Shown: positions 30,770 to 40,420 of the stretch, in pieces
How the letters are laid out: the number at the start of each line of letters is the position of its first letter
Numbering within the stretch: the first letter of the stretch is position 1
Source: a virus
Taxonomy: Duplodnaviria; Caudoviricetes
Length of the DNA: 64,000 nucleotides
Direction: 5' to 3' (one strand)
IMG/VR virus record: IMGVR_UViG_3300008259_002461
Made by a program: the position numbers and the translations under genes
The notes under the pieces: generated by a model
Told to the model about the DNA's origin: nothing
Database searches by the model: none
The model's input: the letters and a program-made list of their open reading frames with translations, nothing else

Positions 30770-31195
30770 TTAGATCGCAGTTAAAACAATGTAATCGTTA
30801 GAGCTATCGTTTTCTAGACGCCACGTATACTTGTTACCACTAAAATCAGTAGCCATACGTTTTGTAAGTTTAGCAATAGATACAAGTTGACCGCTGTTAG
30901 AACTTAGATGACCTCGAATACGGATTTCACCGTTAGTTCCAGGTTGTGCAGAAACTAGTACACCAGTCTTTAAATCTGTACCGGTAACTGTTCCAGGAAT
31001 GCTTTCGCTATCAGTAAGTGCATCAACTGATGCCTTTAGTACTACGAAAGTTTTCTTTCCTCTTTGTTTTACAAGTTGATAGTCTGTGCCTAATGCACCA
31101 CCAAAATATCCTTCAACTCTAATACCTGCTTGTGTTGTTGTTGCTGAACGGGTTACTTTAACACCGTTAATATCTTTATGTAATGGACGTCCCAT
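30770..31195 (-). CDS. Hypothetical late protein (141 aa); likely start MGRPLHK at 31195 rather than 31255
   Basis: AAGGAGA SD immediately upstream of the ATG at 31195; own late promoter. Confidence 0.75.
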   Translation of the reverse strand: MGRPLHKDINGVKVTRSATTTQAGIRVEGYFGGALGTDYQLVKQRGKKTFVVLKASVDALTDSESIPGTVTGTDLKTGVLVSAQPGTNGEIRIRGHLSSNSGQLVSIAKLTKRMATDFSGNKYTWRLENDSSNDYIVLTAI

Positions 31196-31279
31196 TGTTT
31201 TCTCCTTAATTTGACGTTTTAGGTCTACGCTGCGGGTTACAGCATAAGTTCGCATTACGCGAATATAATTTAGACAAAG

Positions 31280-31286
31280 TATTTAT
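31280..31286 (-). promoter_or_regulatory. Late promoter ATAAATA
   Basis: Lies just downstream of the major capsid terminator. Confidence 0.7.
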
Positions 31287-31301
31287 CAGAAACCTAAGAT
31301 A

Positions 31302-31330
31302 AAAAAATAGACCCCGGAGGGTCTATTTTT
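31302..31330 (-). terminator. Intrinsic, probably bidirectional, terminator after the major capsid gene
   Basis: AAAAATAGACCC-CGGA-GGGTCTATTTTT perfect stem flanked by A and T tracts. Confidence 0.9.
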
Positions 31331-31350
31331 ATTTTGCTACCTAGTAAAAA

Positions 31351-32526
31351 TTACTGGAATGTAACGTTACCGCTAGTGATAGCTACGTTAGCTAGGTAGT
31401 CAGCAGCATTACCTAGAGATGATGCTGTGTTGCTTAATTCAACATATCCATAACGAGTCATAAAGCTCACGACTGGTTCGAATGTGTCTGGATCTAGAAC
31501 AACACCAGAGCTCATTAGAGGAATGTAAGGGCAATAGAATGCCGCTGCATCTGACTCTGAAGAACCTTTGTAACCAACTAGAACACCTGTTGCATCAGAT
31601 GCATAAGTGTCAACGAACACACGCATAGCGTTGTTCAATGTACCAACAAACTTGGTATTAGTTGGAGCTTCGAATGAACCTTCTGTTGTTCTTGCGAACG
31701 CAGAAGTAGTTGCACTTTGAAGAATTGTTAAAGCAAACGGACTAACAACTGCAAAGTTACCAGCACCACGACGAGTACGCTGAGCGATCAAATTAGCAGC
31801 ACGGTTGATTTGAACAGCTAATGCAGCGTGTTCATCACCAACGAATGTAGCTGTACCTGAAACGGTAGCTTGGTCGTATGTTTGTACTGTGCCTGCTAGG
31901 CTACGTAAAGAAGCAAGAACTTCTTGATCAATTTCAGCTGTAATTTCTTGAGCCAAAGCAGCCATAATTTCTGCTTCGATATCAATACCATGCTGAGATT
32001 GTGCATCCTGTGCAGCTTCGAATGTCCAGCGAGCTGATAGCTTTCTGGTCTTAGCTTCAACAGTTTGCTTCAAGATCTGGATGGACATTCTTCGTCCAGC
32101 TGCACCTTCTAAAGCTGCTGTTGCATTAGCTTTACCGGTATTAGCACCAGAATACTGTTCAGCAATCTTGAATGGGCTTAGAGCTTCTTCACCTGCTGTT
32201 GTACCAACGACACCGCCGTTAGCTGCTACTGTGTCGCTGTAGCGAACACGTAGCGTGTGGATCTGACCCACTGGACCAGTCATAGGCTGGACACCTACCA
32301 ATTCGTTAGCGATAACGGTTGGCATTACACGTCTGATGACGGGTAGGATAACACGATTAAGTGTTGAGACATTACCAGCAGAAGTAGAACCTGCGGTAGC
32401 GGATTCACTTAGATAACGACGAGTGTTTTCTAATGTGGTTTCCATTACGCTTTTCTTGGTGCCTTGTAAGCCCTCAAGAAGTGCAGTCTTTGTATCCTGC
32501 CAGCGACTTTCTAATAGTTCTGACAT
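31351..32526 (-). CDS. gp23: Major capsid protein, T4 gp23-like (391 aa)
   Basis: IANELVGVQPMTGPVGQIHTLR, VEAKTRKLSARWTFEAAQD, FYCPYIPL and FMTRYG motifs. Confidence 0.97.
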   Translation of the reverse strand: MSELLESRWQDTKTALLEGLQGTKKSVMETTLENTRRYLSESATAGSTSAGNVSTLNRVILPVIRRVMPTVIANELVGVQPMTGPVGQIHTLRVRYSDTVAANGGVVGTTAGEEALSPFKIAEQYSGANTGKANATAALEGAAGRRMSIQILKQTVEAKTRKLSARWTFEAAQDAQSQHGIDIEAEIMAALAQEITAEIDQEVLASLRSLAGTVQTYDQATVSGTATFVGDEHAALAVQINRAANLIAQRTRRGAGNFAVVSPFALTILQSATTSAFARTTEGSFEAPTNTKFVGTLNNAMRVFVDTYASDATGVLVGYKGSSESDAAAFYCPYIPLMSSGVVLDPDTFEPVVSFMTRYGYVELSNTASSLGNAADYLANVAITSGNVTFQ

Positions 32527-32538
32527 TTGGTTTTCTCC

Positions 32539-33633
32539 TTATTTTAATCCAGCTAGACGCTTGATATCGATTACATTTGAATCGTGGTCTGCTTTTGAAC
32601 TAATACTTTCTTCCCTATTGCCTGTTACTTCTTTGCCTTCTGATAATACTGCCTTCTTCTTAGCTGGAGAATTTCCGTCAATTACTGCCGGTAGGTATTT
32701 GTCAAACGCAGAGCGTAGCTTTGCTGTCTGAACAGATTCCAGTAAGTCTGTCATAATTTCTCTTTGGCCTGCGTTTAACGGCGAAACCAAGTCGTTCATT
32801 ATTTCTTTTCTTTGTGCAGATTCAACTAAACGTTGTTTTTCAACGCTAATTGTTTCTGCAAGTTGCTTTGCTTTAGCCGCAAATGCTTTTGCTTCAGATA
32901 TTTGTTGATCTTTTAACTCAACAACTTTCATTAGTTTAGCAGTGTCTGACTTTTCATTTAAGTAGCTGCCTGCGTATTCAGAAGCAAATGCTTCAAATAG
33001 CTTGCGGCCAAAGTCATTACGGCGTGCTGTCTCAATATCTTCTTTAAGCTGAGTCATCTCTTGTGTGAGTTTCTTGCTTACAGTTTCTGATACTAATTTA
33101 GCACTCTTGTTAATAAAGCTCTTTTGAACTTGTGCAAATTTTTCTTTAGCTTCACGGACTAGGCGAACCTTTGTCTCAGCTAGATCTTTCTTATCTTCGT
33201 AAAATTCTGCGATCTCAGTAGCTAGTGCTTCTACAATGAATTCTTCTAGTTTGGCAAACTTAACTGCCATAGTCTTTTGATCTTCATGTAGCTCTCCGAC
33301 TTCCTTACCTAGCTGACTTACAACAAAACTTTTTAGTAGATTTGCGTTTTCACGCATTGCTACTGCATATTTTGCTTTTGCTTCTGCTAGTTGTCTGCGA
33401 TCATCTGCAAACTCTTGGATTTCGGAGGCAAGGCGCTCACTAAGCATGGCATCAATAGCTTCAACCATTGATGCTTTATCATGTTCGTATTTTTGAGCGA
33501 ACTCTTCGCGTAGTTCAGCAGTGACAGCTTGACGGTTCTCACGAACCCTAGATTGCCATGCTTCCTCGATTTGGGCACGCACTTCTTCTGATACAACATC
33601 ATTTTCGAATAGTGTTTTAAGTGCATCCAACAT
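32539..33633 (-). CDS. gp22: Prohead scaffolding/core protein, gp22-like (364 aa coiled coil)
   Basis: Position between protease and capsid genes; E/K/A-rich heptad pattern; ends IKRLAGLK. Confidence 0.8.
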   Translation of the reverse strand: MLDALKTLFENDVVSEEVRAQIEEAWQSRVRENRQAVTAELREEFAQKYEHDKASMVEAIDAMLSERLASEIQEFADDRRQLAEAKAKYAVAMRENANLLKSFVVSQLGKEVGELHEDQKTMAVKFAKLEEFIVEALATEIAEFYEDKKDLAETKVRLVREAKEKFAQVQKSFINKSAKLVSETVSKKLTQEMTQLKEDIETARRNDFGRKLFEAFASEYAGSYLNEKSDTAKLMKVVELKDQQISEAKAFAAKAKQLAETISVEKQRLVESAQRKEIMNDLVSPLNAGQREIMTDLLESVQTAKLRSAFDKYLPAVIDGNSPAKKKAVLSEGKEVTGNREESISSKADHDSNVIDIKRLAGLK

Positions 33634-33646
33634 TTATTTTCTCCTC

Positions 33647-34270
33647 TTATTGGAGTCGACTGATTATATTAATCAGCGAATCTTTCAAATACTTCTGTGC
33701 CTTGGGGTCGTGTCTTGTAGCCTGTGCGATTTCATAAGCCTTGTAACCGCCACGAGCATTCATAATATGTTCGTAGATGGGTGTTGGGTAAGCACCAGGT
33801 GCGCTGGGTTGTGCCACAACGTCAACGGTGATTATTTCAAAATCTGATACTTCACCGGAACCGTCCTCTTGGACGTTCCCGGATCCGCGTGATGATACTC
33901 CTAACTTTACCCCGCTCTCTAGCATTGTTTTAACTAGATTGCCCATTGGTGTTGGTAGGATCTTTAACTTGCCATAGCCGTTTGGTCCATCCATCCACAT
34001 TTCTGTGATCATATGGCTTACGCGGTCTAGGTTGATATTAAGGCCTTCTGGATGATCTACTTCGCCGAGAACTGAGTAGCCTCCGCTAACTTGATCATTG
34101 AGAGTTTTGACAGCCCTGCCAATTTCATTTACAGGATACACTCGCTGATTTGCGTTGCGCACTCCGCCTTGAATACAAATGCCTTTCATGTAAAGACTTT
34201 TGCCTTCATCAGCGGATTCGATCACAATCTTAGCTTGGTCGAATGTCAGGTTCTCTCGTAAGTTTTTCAT
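33647..34270 (-). CDS. gp21: Prohead protease, gp21-like; likely start MKNLRE at 34270
   Basis: LGEVDHP (His), GVSSRGSG (Ser) and VDVVAQPSAP motifs; AAGGAA SD before 34270. Confidence 0.95.
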   Translation of the reverse strand: MKNLRENLTFDQAKIVIESADEGKSLYMKGICIQGGVRNANQRVYPVNEIGRAVKTLNDQVSGGYSVLGEVDHPEGLNINLDRVSHMITEMWMDGPNGYGKLKILPTPMGNLVKTMLESGVKLGVSSRGSGNVQEDGSGEVSDFEIITVDVVAQPSAPGAYPTPIYEHIMNARGGYKAYEIAQATRHDPKAQKYLKDSLINIISRLQ

Positions 34271-34280
34271 TCGAAGTTCC

Positions 34281-35294
34281 TTACTTGCCGCCAATGATTG
34301 ATTTCTTATTGGCTGCTGTGTCACCGGAGCCTTTCTTCTCTGCGCCGTGACCTTTTGCTACACCACTCATTTTAGTGGCGCTCTTTGAACCAGGAACGTT
34401 TACATTGCCAGCATTGTCTTCTTTAGGTGAACCACCTTTGAAAACGCCATTGCCTTTTAGTTGACCTTTGTTAGCTTCAACACCTTGCTCTGTTCCAGCT
34501 TGGTTCAAGTTAGATGCGGTACCGCCCATATCATTTTTGTTAGCAACTACGGACTTTGTGTTTGCTCCGTTGTCACCCATTTTACCAAATTGATTGTATG
34601 TTTGGCCGCCTACTTTTTCGACATATTCACGCATTTCTTCTGCGGCGGATTTTTTCATATCCTTTTTCTTGTCGTCTTTTTTATCTTTTTTAGCTTCGAA
34701 AGCATAAGATTCTTTTTCTTCTTCGTCGTCGGACTCTTCGCCTTCTTCGTCGTCGGAACCTTCTTCGTCACCGCCCATGTCATCCATGTCGCCGTGCTCT
34801 TCTTCACCTTCTTCACCAGACATCATTTTTTCAAATTCAGCCTTTAGTTCGTCTAGTGCGTCTTCTAGATCAACTACACGATCTTCAATACCGCCACCTT
34901 CTTCGTCACTGCCCATGTCATCCATGCCCATGTCGCCGCCGTCTACTTCAACGTCACCCATCATGTTGTCAGCTGGATCACCGCCCATCGCCATTGGGTC
35001 AGCTTCTACTTCAAATTCGTCTAAGTTGAAATCTTCGTCAACTTTTTTATCTTCGTCATCAGACTCATCAACTTCTTCGTCGGAAGCTTCATCAACTTCT
35101 TCGTCATCTGACTCATCAACTTCTTCATCAGAAGCTTCGTCTACATCTTTATCTTCTAGATCATCTTCTAAAAGTGCTTCGTAAATTTCACGTGATTTTT
35201 CAACCACGATTTCATGGAAAAGCTCTTCAGCACCTGCTTTATCTTCATTGATAAGGCGCTCAAGCATTTCTTCAAACTTTTTGCGATCTGCCAT
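34281..35294 (-). CDS. Highly acidic prohead core/internal protein; likely start MADRKKF at 35294
   Basis: D/E-rich with DEASDEEVDESDDEE tandem repeats (about 35050-35150) and a basic C-terminus; AGGAGA SD. Confidence 0.75.
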   Translation of the reverse strand: MADRKKFEEMLERLINEDKAGAEELFHEIVVEKSREIYEALLEDDLEDKDVDEASDEEVDESDDEEVDEASDEEVDESDDEDKKVDEDFNLDEFEVEADPMAMGGDPADNMMGDVEVDGGDMGMDDMGSDEEGGGIEDRVVDLEDALDELKAEFEKMMSGEEGEEEHGDMDDMGGDEEGSDDEEGEESDDEEEKESYAFEAKKDKKDDKKKDMKKSAAEEMREYVEKVGGQTYNQFGKMGDNGANTKSVVANKNDMGGTASNLNQAGTEQGVEANKGQLKGNGVFKGGSPKEDNAGNVNVPGSKSATKMSGVAKGHGAEKKGSGDTAANKKSIIGGK

Positions 35295-35339
35295 TTGTAT
35301 TCTCCTGTAAGTAATTACCTGTGGTAAGGCTGTCATGTT

Positions 35340-35346
35340 TATTTAC
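35340..35346 (-). promoter_or_regulatory. Late promoter GTAAATA
   Basis: Intergenic, upstream of the head morphogenesis genes. Confidence 0.6.
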
Positions 35347-35377
35347 TCGTTTTGGGGAAAAGTGCGCAGATATAGGC

Positions 35378-35398
35378 AAAAAACGGCTCGTTTTGAGC
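35378..35398 (-). terminator. Possible weak intrinsic terminator
   Basis: GCTC-AAAAC-GAGC hairpin followed by CGTTTTTT on the minus strand, just after the TAG at 35406. Confidence 0.4.
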
Positions 35399-35405
35399 AG
35401 TTTGC

Positions 35406-36128
35406 CTAAAGATTGAACATTTTCTTAAAGTCATCAACAAAGATTGTCTTTAAGTTGTTAAATTTATTTAGTTCCTCTGGACAATAATTATCAGGTAATA
35501 TTACCCTGTAAAACTGTGTTTGAGGATTTTCTTTAATAACACTGGCTGTTTGACGTAACCAATTGCCAAAGAATGTAGCGCCGTCAGTGCTTTTTTTATA
35601 GTTAACTGTGTCTGCATACAGGTTATTAAATTTTGCACCTTCGTTTAATCCTTTATAATCAAAGCCTAGTATAAAGATTCGTTCATACTTGTGCTGACTA
35701 GATAACCATAGTGCAGTAGGTCCTGAACTCCATCCTTTACTAGGATGAAAATAATTTAAATTTTGTATACGTTGATATGATTTATTAGGATTAGTCCATA
35801 CTGGATTTCGATGCTGATAGCCTGCCTTTGAAATTTCTAAGACCATTTTTACATCTACTGCAACTAGATAGTCTGGTGCAAAAGTTCTGTACAATGCATT
35901 ACAGCCGTATGTTTTTCCGTAAAGTTTTAATACTTTAGGATCTATGCTGGATCTACTAGTACCGTTGCCTAGTACAAAAGCTGTAGCAGTATCAAAAGGT
36001 ACTACTAAAGTTTGCGGTTGAGTGTTAGGAACTGAATTAACAGCTTCGGCAATTTTTTTTTGCCTACGCTGTTCTTTAATTATGTTCCATTCAGTTTTAG
36101 TATATTTTGATTTGTCTATCTTGGCCAT
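35406..36128 (-). CDS. Glycosyltransferase-like protein (Maf/DUF115/GT42-like Rossmann signature)
   Basis: AFVLGNGTSR...YGCNALY...PDYLVAVD...WSSGPTALWL...IFILGFD pattern. Confidence 0.6.
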   Translation of the reverse strand: MAKIDKSKYTKTEWNIIKEQRRQKKIAEAVNSVPNTQPQTLVVPFDTATAFVLGNGTSRSSIDPKVLKLYGKTYGCNALYRTFAPDYLVAVDVKMVLEISKAGYQHRNPVWTNPNKSYQRIQNLNYFHPSKGWSSGPTALWLSSQHKYERIFILGFDYKGLNEGAKFNNLYADTVNYKKSTDGATFFGNWLRQTASVIKENPQTQFYRVILPDNYCPEELNKFNNLKTIFVDDFKKMFNL

Positions 36129-36376
36129 TACCCACCTGTAGCCGCTGCTTGTGCTGCCATTCCGTACATCTGTCTAATGAAATCTAATTCTTTGACAGTT
36201 TCTTTTTTATGTAGTTCAGCAGCTTTTCTAGCACGACCAATTTGGCGTAGGGTAAGACGTGTTTTGCGTGTGTCAGACGGTTTTAGTATAGATGTATCGT
36301 AAATGGGATCATACCTGTCGTTTTCAACAGGTTCTAATGTTTCTTTATCAAAATAAAATAATTCACGCAATATCAT
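36128..36376 (-). CDS. Small basic head-region protein (82 aa)
   Basis: Own late promoter; RKTRLTLRQI; TAATG coupling to the next gene. Confidence 0.7.
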   Translation of the reverse strand: MILRELFYFDKETLEPVENDRYDPIYDTSILKPSDTRKTRLTLRQIGRARKAAELHKKETVKELDFIRQMYGMAAQAAATGG

Positions 36377-36381
36377 AATAG

Positions 36382-36388
36382 TATTTAT
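36382..36388 (-). promoter_or_regulatory. Late promoter ATAAATA overlapping the portal stop codon
   Basis: atATAAATActattATG. Confidence 0.6.
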
Positions 36389-38133
36389 ATCGTTTGTGAT
36401 CCTGCGGGCGGTGCCGCACCGGGTGATGTGCCTGTTGATGTTGTTGGCGGAGCAGCATCTCCACCTGCAACTGGTTCTTCTCCGGTAGTGTCAATGTCTT
36501 CTGCGCTGCCTATGTCTGCACTGATGCCTGCTGAACTAATACCAACTCCTCTCATCTCGCCGGCAGCGTCTGCTGGGCTTCCGTTGACATTTTCTTCGTT
36601 TTCTTCGCGCCACATTCTTTCGTTCTCTGCTATCTCTTCTGGACTCATACCTAAGAAACGTTTCATTGCAAAGCGGTTTGATATGAATGGAATTTGTTGT
36701 ACCTGCGCAAAGGTTGGTATACGTGCATTGTCTAATTCTGATTGACGATAAGCCGCAAAGTTTAAAGGTTCTTGGAAAGCAATGTCAAACATTGCAACGT
36801 CTATGTTCACACCTTTTTCTAGCAAATAGCGTTTAAATTCTTGGTTAAACTCTTCTGCAACTAATCCTTGTAGACGTTCGCAGTAGTTGTTGAATCTTAA
36901 TTCTTGTATGTAAGCTGTGCCTACTCGACCGTCATTAAACTGGCTAGCACCGTCATCTGCACCTGTAGGCAAGTATGAACTAGGTATACGCAGACCTCTA
37001 ACTAATTTGTTAGTAAAGTAGCGTAAATCATCAATTTCACCTAGGTTAGTACCGCCTGGTAAGGTTTCAACTTTAGAACCTCTACCTTCTGCTGTTTGCG
37101 GGAAGAAGTAGTCTTCGTTAATACTTAACGGGTTGTAGCTTGAGTCAATTACATTGGTACCACCACCTGTTGTAGAAGGTATGCGTCTTTGATGTATTTC
37201 TGTTTTTACACGCTCAACAAAGGCCATTGCTAAGTGACTAGGCATATTACCTACGTCAACATAAAACACTCTACGTTCTGGAGCACGTTGTACTCGATAG
37301 ATAATAATAGCGTCTTCAAGTAATTCTTTTTGTTTGTAAACTTTAAAGATTGATTCTAATAAACTGTTACCAAATGGATAGTTATTGTCTAAGCCTTCTG
37401 ATAAACTTAGATGAACAATGTGTTCAGCATCAATTGCTACTTCACCATCACCAACTTGAAATCTGCTGCCTGCTTGTTGTGGTGCGCTGCCTACCATACC
37501 ACGGCCACCACCTGTGAAGTATCCTTCACTCTTACCTGCACCTGTAATGTTACCTGTGGTAATATTAGGAGTAGTTGCTACTAGATGTTTAAAGTTTAGG
37601 TTAACATCTTTGATCATGTATTGCTCGGGCTTTTTACCTTCGCTTTCGTTTACTATAATTCTAGTAACTTTAGCTGGATCAATGTGAAACCATTTGCCTG
37701 TTTCTGGATCTCTGATAAAAAATGCATCACCATACTTGAATACATTACGAAACACACGGAACATACGTGTGTCAAATTGATTATTCTTACACCATTGTTT
37801 TAGGTACTGACCTAAAATTGTTACTTCACTGTTAGTAGCACGTTTGTTAAAAGTAAATTTGAAGTTAGTTTTATTTTCGTCATTGATCTGTGTACAGAAT
37901 TCTGCAAGAATATCCAGAGCAGCATTAACTTCTGAATCCATATCCATAGTGTTATACTGCCCATAACGTTCTACACGATTAGGTGAACCTACATACACGT
38001 CTGGAAGATATGAACTATAGTTTGTTCTTGCAGGTCCAGGGCGGCCAGTACTGTTTCTTCCGCTGAGAGGACTGTAGCTTCCGCTTGCGTTATCCCCTGT
38101 TTGCACAGGAGTAAAATATTTTTTCCAACTCAT
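36385..38133 (-). CDS. gp20: Portal protein, gp20-like (582 aa)
   Basis: LLEDAIIIYRVQRAPERRVFYVDVGNMP, EDYFFPQTAEGRGSKVETLPGG and LRIPSSYL motifs. Confidence 0.97.
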   Translation of the reverse strand: MSWKKYFTPVQTGDNASGSYSPLSGRNSTGRPGPARTNYSSYLPDVYVGSPNRVERYGQYNTMDMDSEVNAALDILAEFCTQINDENKTNFKFTFNKRATNSEVTILGQYLKQWCKNNQFDTRMFRVFRNVFKYGDAFFIRDPETGKWFHIDPAKVTRIIVNESEGKKPEQYMIKDVNLNFKHLVATTPNITTGNITGAGKSEGYFTGGGRGMVGSAPQQAGSRFQVGDGEVAIDAEHIVHLSLSEGLDNNYPFGNSLLESIFKVYKQKELLEDAIIIYRVQRAPERRVFYVDVGNMPSHLAMAFVERVKTEIHQRRIPSTTGGGTNVIDSSYNPLSINEDYFFPQTAEGRGSKVETLPGGTNLGEIDDLRYFTNKLVRGLRIPSSYLPTGADDGASQFNDGRVGTAYIQELRFNNYCERLQGLVAEEFNQEFKRYLLEKGVNIDVAMFDIAFQEPLNFAAYRQSELDNARIPTFAQVQQIPFISNRFAMKRFLGMSPEEIAENERMWREENEENVNGSPADAAGEMRGVGISSAGISADIGSAEDIDTTGEEPVAGGDAAPPTTSTGTSPGAAPPAGSQTI

Positions 38134-38134
38134 A

Positions 38135-40348
38135 TTAACCTAATCCTCTCATAACATCACCGCTCATACCTCTAATGCCTTTAAGTTGTTTCTGTTGAAT
38201 TTCTAACTGCTGACCTGCTGTTTGGGCAAGTTGTTCCATTGGCCCTTTAATTGAGCTTGCTACATCTTCAATTGGCTTTTTAATTTCGCTCATTGCAGAT
38301 CTAAATGATTGCGTTAGTTCACTCATATCCATACCTTTTGCCGAAGCATTTGAAACCATTTGCCTAGAAGTATTCTGCATAGTATTTAACATACCGTTAA
38401 GTGTTTGTACGTTATTTGCGGCTAATGTTTCCATAATTGGCGTTACATTGCTTGCAACATCATTTGATAATGTTCCTACATTAAATATGTCGCTTACTGC
38501 TTGTAAAGCGCCAAGAGCACTATTTCGCATAATGCTAGCAGTCTGTTCTGGTGTTTGCACAGATTCAATACCATGCAATAACATGTTAGACTGTTTACCA
38601 AAATTTTCAAATAGTCTACCAGTTTTACCTAGTGACCCTGTTTCGCGTCCTGGGTCATTTTGAGTTCCCCTTCTGTCAGGCGGTATTGATCTTTCATTTA
38701 CTGGTCCGTTTACTACTACGGTTCCTGTTGCATTTACGTTTACATTTTCCCATGTTAAACTCATTGCTTCTTTTATTTTAGATGCTAAATCTTCAATTAA
38801 TTTTGTACGCTCACTTTCTGGCGACTCTTTAATTTGAGTAACTAATTTATTAATTTCTGCAGCAAGTTCTGGGTTATTAGCTTGGATAGCATTTCTAACT
38901 GCTGCACTTGAGTTAGCTACTACCGCTGCCATATCAGATCCACCTATTCCTAAAGTAGATCTAACAGTAGATAATATATTGTCAACTTCATTTTTGACAT
39001 TAAGTTGTGTTCTTAAGTAATTTGCAAAATCGTCTGCACTTTTTCCAAGAGTACTATATAGTCCGCTAATTTGTTTTTGTGCTTCTAACGCCATCCCACT
39101 TGCAATACCCTGCAATTTTAATAAGGCTTCAACAGCTGATCGACCTTCGTCTTCAACTTCTTTACCTGTCTTAGGATCTATTGTTTTAGGTCCTTTCATT
39201 ATTTCTTCTTGCTTTTTCTTAACTCTATCTAAGAACTCAGCACCTGCTAGATCAACATTTTTTCCTTCAGCTTTAAACTGATCTTGAACTTGGCGAATGG
39301 CTTCTGCTAATCCAAAAGCTCCTTCACCAAATACTCTACTGTACAATTCTGTAATATTAGAATCAACTCTGCCGCCTAATTTAGCTAGTTCTCGCATAGT
39401 AGTTGACTGTTGTTCTGCTGCCGCAGTACTTAGAGCTGCTGCAAGGGCTGCTTCGCGCTCTGCATCTGTTCCATTCTTTAAAACTCTTTCGTATTCTTCA
39501 AATGCTTTTACAGTTTTAGGCATCATAGCAACCAGCGGAGCAACATCTTTTCCTGGAAACTTTCTAATTACCATATCTTCAAACAACTGCTGCATAGCAG
39601 GACCCATAGTTTTAAATAATTGAGAACCTTCAAGGAAAGATTTTCTTGATTTAGTATCTAACTCAGTTAGATATGCTGCTACGTCACCCTGACGCATTTT
39701 TGCTTCTATCTCTTTTTGTAACTGTTGTGTTTGCTTACCAGTTAATTTAGATAGTTTGTCAAGATTTTTAGTGAACTCCATTGCAGATGCATTTCGTTCT
39801 TCTTCTGTTTGTTGTTGGCCTTTGCGTCTATAATTTTCTATAGCATCGTATTGTAAGAAACTTTCGTTAATATCTTTAGTTGTTAGACCTAATCGCTGTA
39901 ATTGTAGAGAAGTTTCAGTGGATTGGCCCTCTAATGTAAAAAAGAACTTGCGCTGCATGTCCAAGAATCTTGAAGCACCATCAGACACTCCTACTAGGCC
40001 ATCGCCAAATGTTAAAAGGAAATCAGTATTGCTGCTTATCAGCGATGCCATTTCATCAAGTTTTAATCTAGCACCTGCGGCAGATTCGTTCATCTTGCCA
40101 ATACTCATACCAAAATCTACACCAAATCTTGAAAACCCTTGCAGTGTACCTAAGCCACCTTCAAGATATTTTACAACTGAATTAAGTGCTCCTAGACCAG
40201 AAGTAAGATCAGATAATTGAGGATTAGTATCTAGTAGACCGCCAGCAAATCCTTTAAGACCCGCAGTAGCTTTGCGTACAGTGCCCGTAAACACATTACC
40301 TGCACCGGTAGCTACTTTATCTGAGACGGTTTTGTCATTTTCAGCCAA
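38135..40348 (-). CDS. Tape-measure-like protein (737 aa)
   Basis: Long Ala/Gln/Lys-rich helical sequence; GSLGKTGRLFENFG..MLLHGIESVQTPEQ C-terminal motif; adjacent to a chaperone-like gene; TTG start with AGGAGA SD. Confidence 0.7.
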   Translation of the reverse strand: MAENDKTVSDKVATGAGNVFTGTVRKATAGLKGFAGGLLDTNPQLSDLTSGLGALNSVVKYLEGGLGTLQGFSRFGVDFGMSIGKMNESAAGARLKLDEMASLISSNTDFLLTFGDGLVGVSDGASRFLDMQRKFFFTLEGQSTETSLQLQRLGLTTKDINESFLQYDAIENYRRKGQQQTEEERNASAMEFTKNLDKLSKLTGKQTQQLQKEIEAKMRQGDVAAYLTELDTKSRKSFLEGSQLFKTMGPAMQQLFEDMVIRKFPGKDVAPLVAMMPKTVKAFEEYERVLKNGTDAEREAALAAALSTAAAEQQSTTMRELAKLGGRVDSNITELYSRVFGEGAFGLAEAIRQVQDQFKAEGKNVDLAGAEFLDRVKKKQEEIMKGPKTIDPKTGKEVEDEGRSAVEALLKLQGIASGMALEAQKQISGLYSTLGKSADDFANYLRTQLNVKNEVDNILSTVRSTLGIGGSDMAAVVANSSAAVRNAIQANNPELAAEINKLVTQIKESPESERTKLIEDLASKIKEAMSLTWENVNVNATGTVVVNGPVNERSIPPDRRGTQNDPGRETGSLGKTGRLFENFGKQSNMLLHGIESVQTPEQTASIMRNSALGALQAVSDIFNVGTLSNDVASNVTPIMETLAANNVQTLNGMLNTMQNTSRQMVSNASAKGMDMSELTQSFRSAMSEIKKPIEDVASSIKGPMEQLAQTAGQQLEIQQKQLKGIRGMSGDVMRGLG

Positions 40349-40374
40349 TCTGCTTCTCCTGGTATTTTAGCACT

Positions 40375-40382
40375 TATAAATA
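40375..40382 (+). promoter_or_regulatory. Late promoter TATAAATA (perfect T4 consensus)
   Basis: 39 nt upstream of the ATG at 40421. Confidence 0.75.
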
Positions 40383-40398
40383 TGAATACGCTATTGTA

Positions 40399-40405
40399 TA
40401 TTTAT
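40399..40405 (-). promoter_or_regulatory. Late promoter ATAAATA for the tape-measure operon
   Basis: Faces the plus-strand promoter at 40375. Confidence 0.7.
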
Positions 40406-40420
40406 CTTTAGGAAAAACAC

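Noticed and set aside
31470-31485. GGTTCGAAT tRNA T-loop-like word
   Set aside because: Inside the capsid CDS with no cloverleaf around it.
34461-35184. Plus-strand 128-aa and 135-aa Phe/Ser-rich ORFs
   Set aside because: Antisense shadows of the acidic low-complexity gene.
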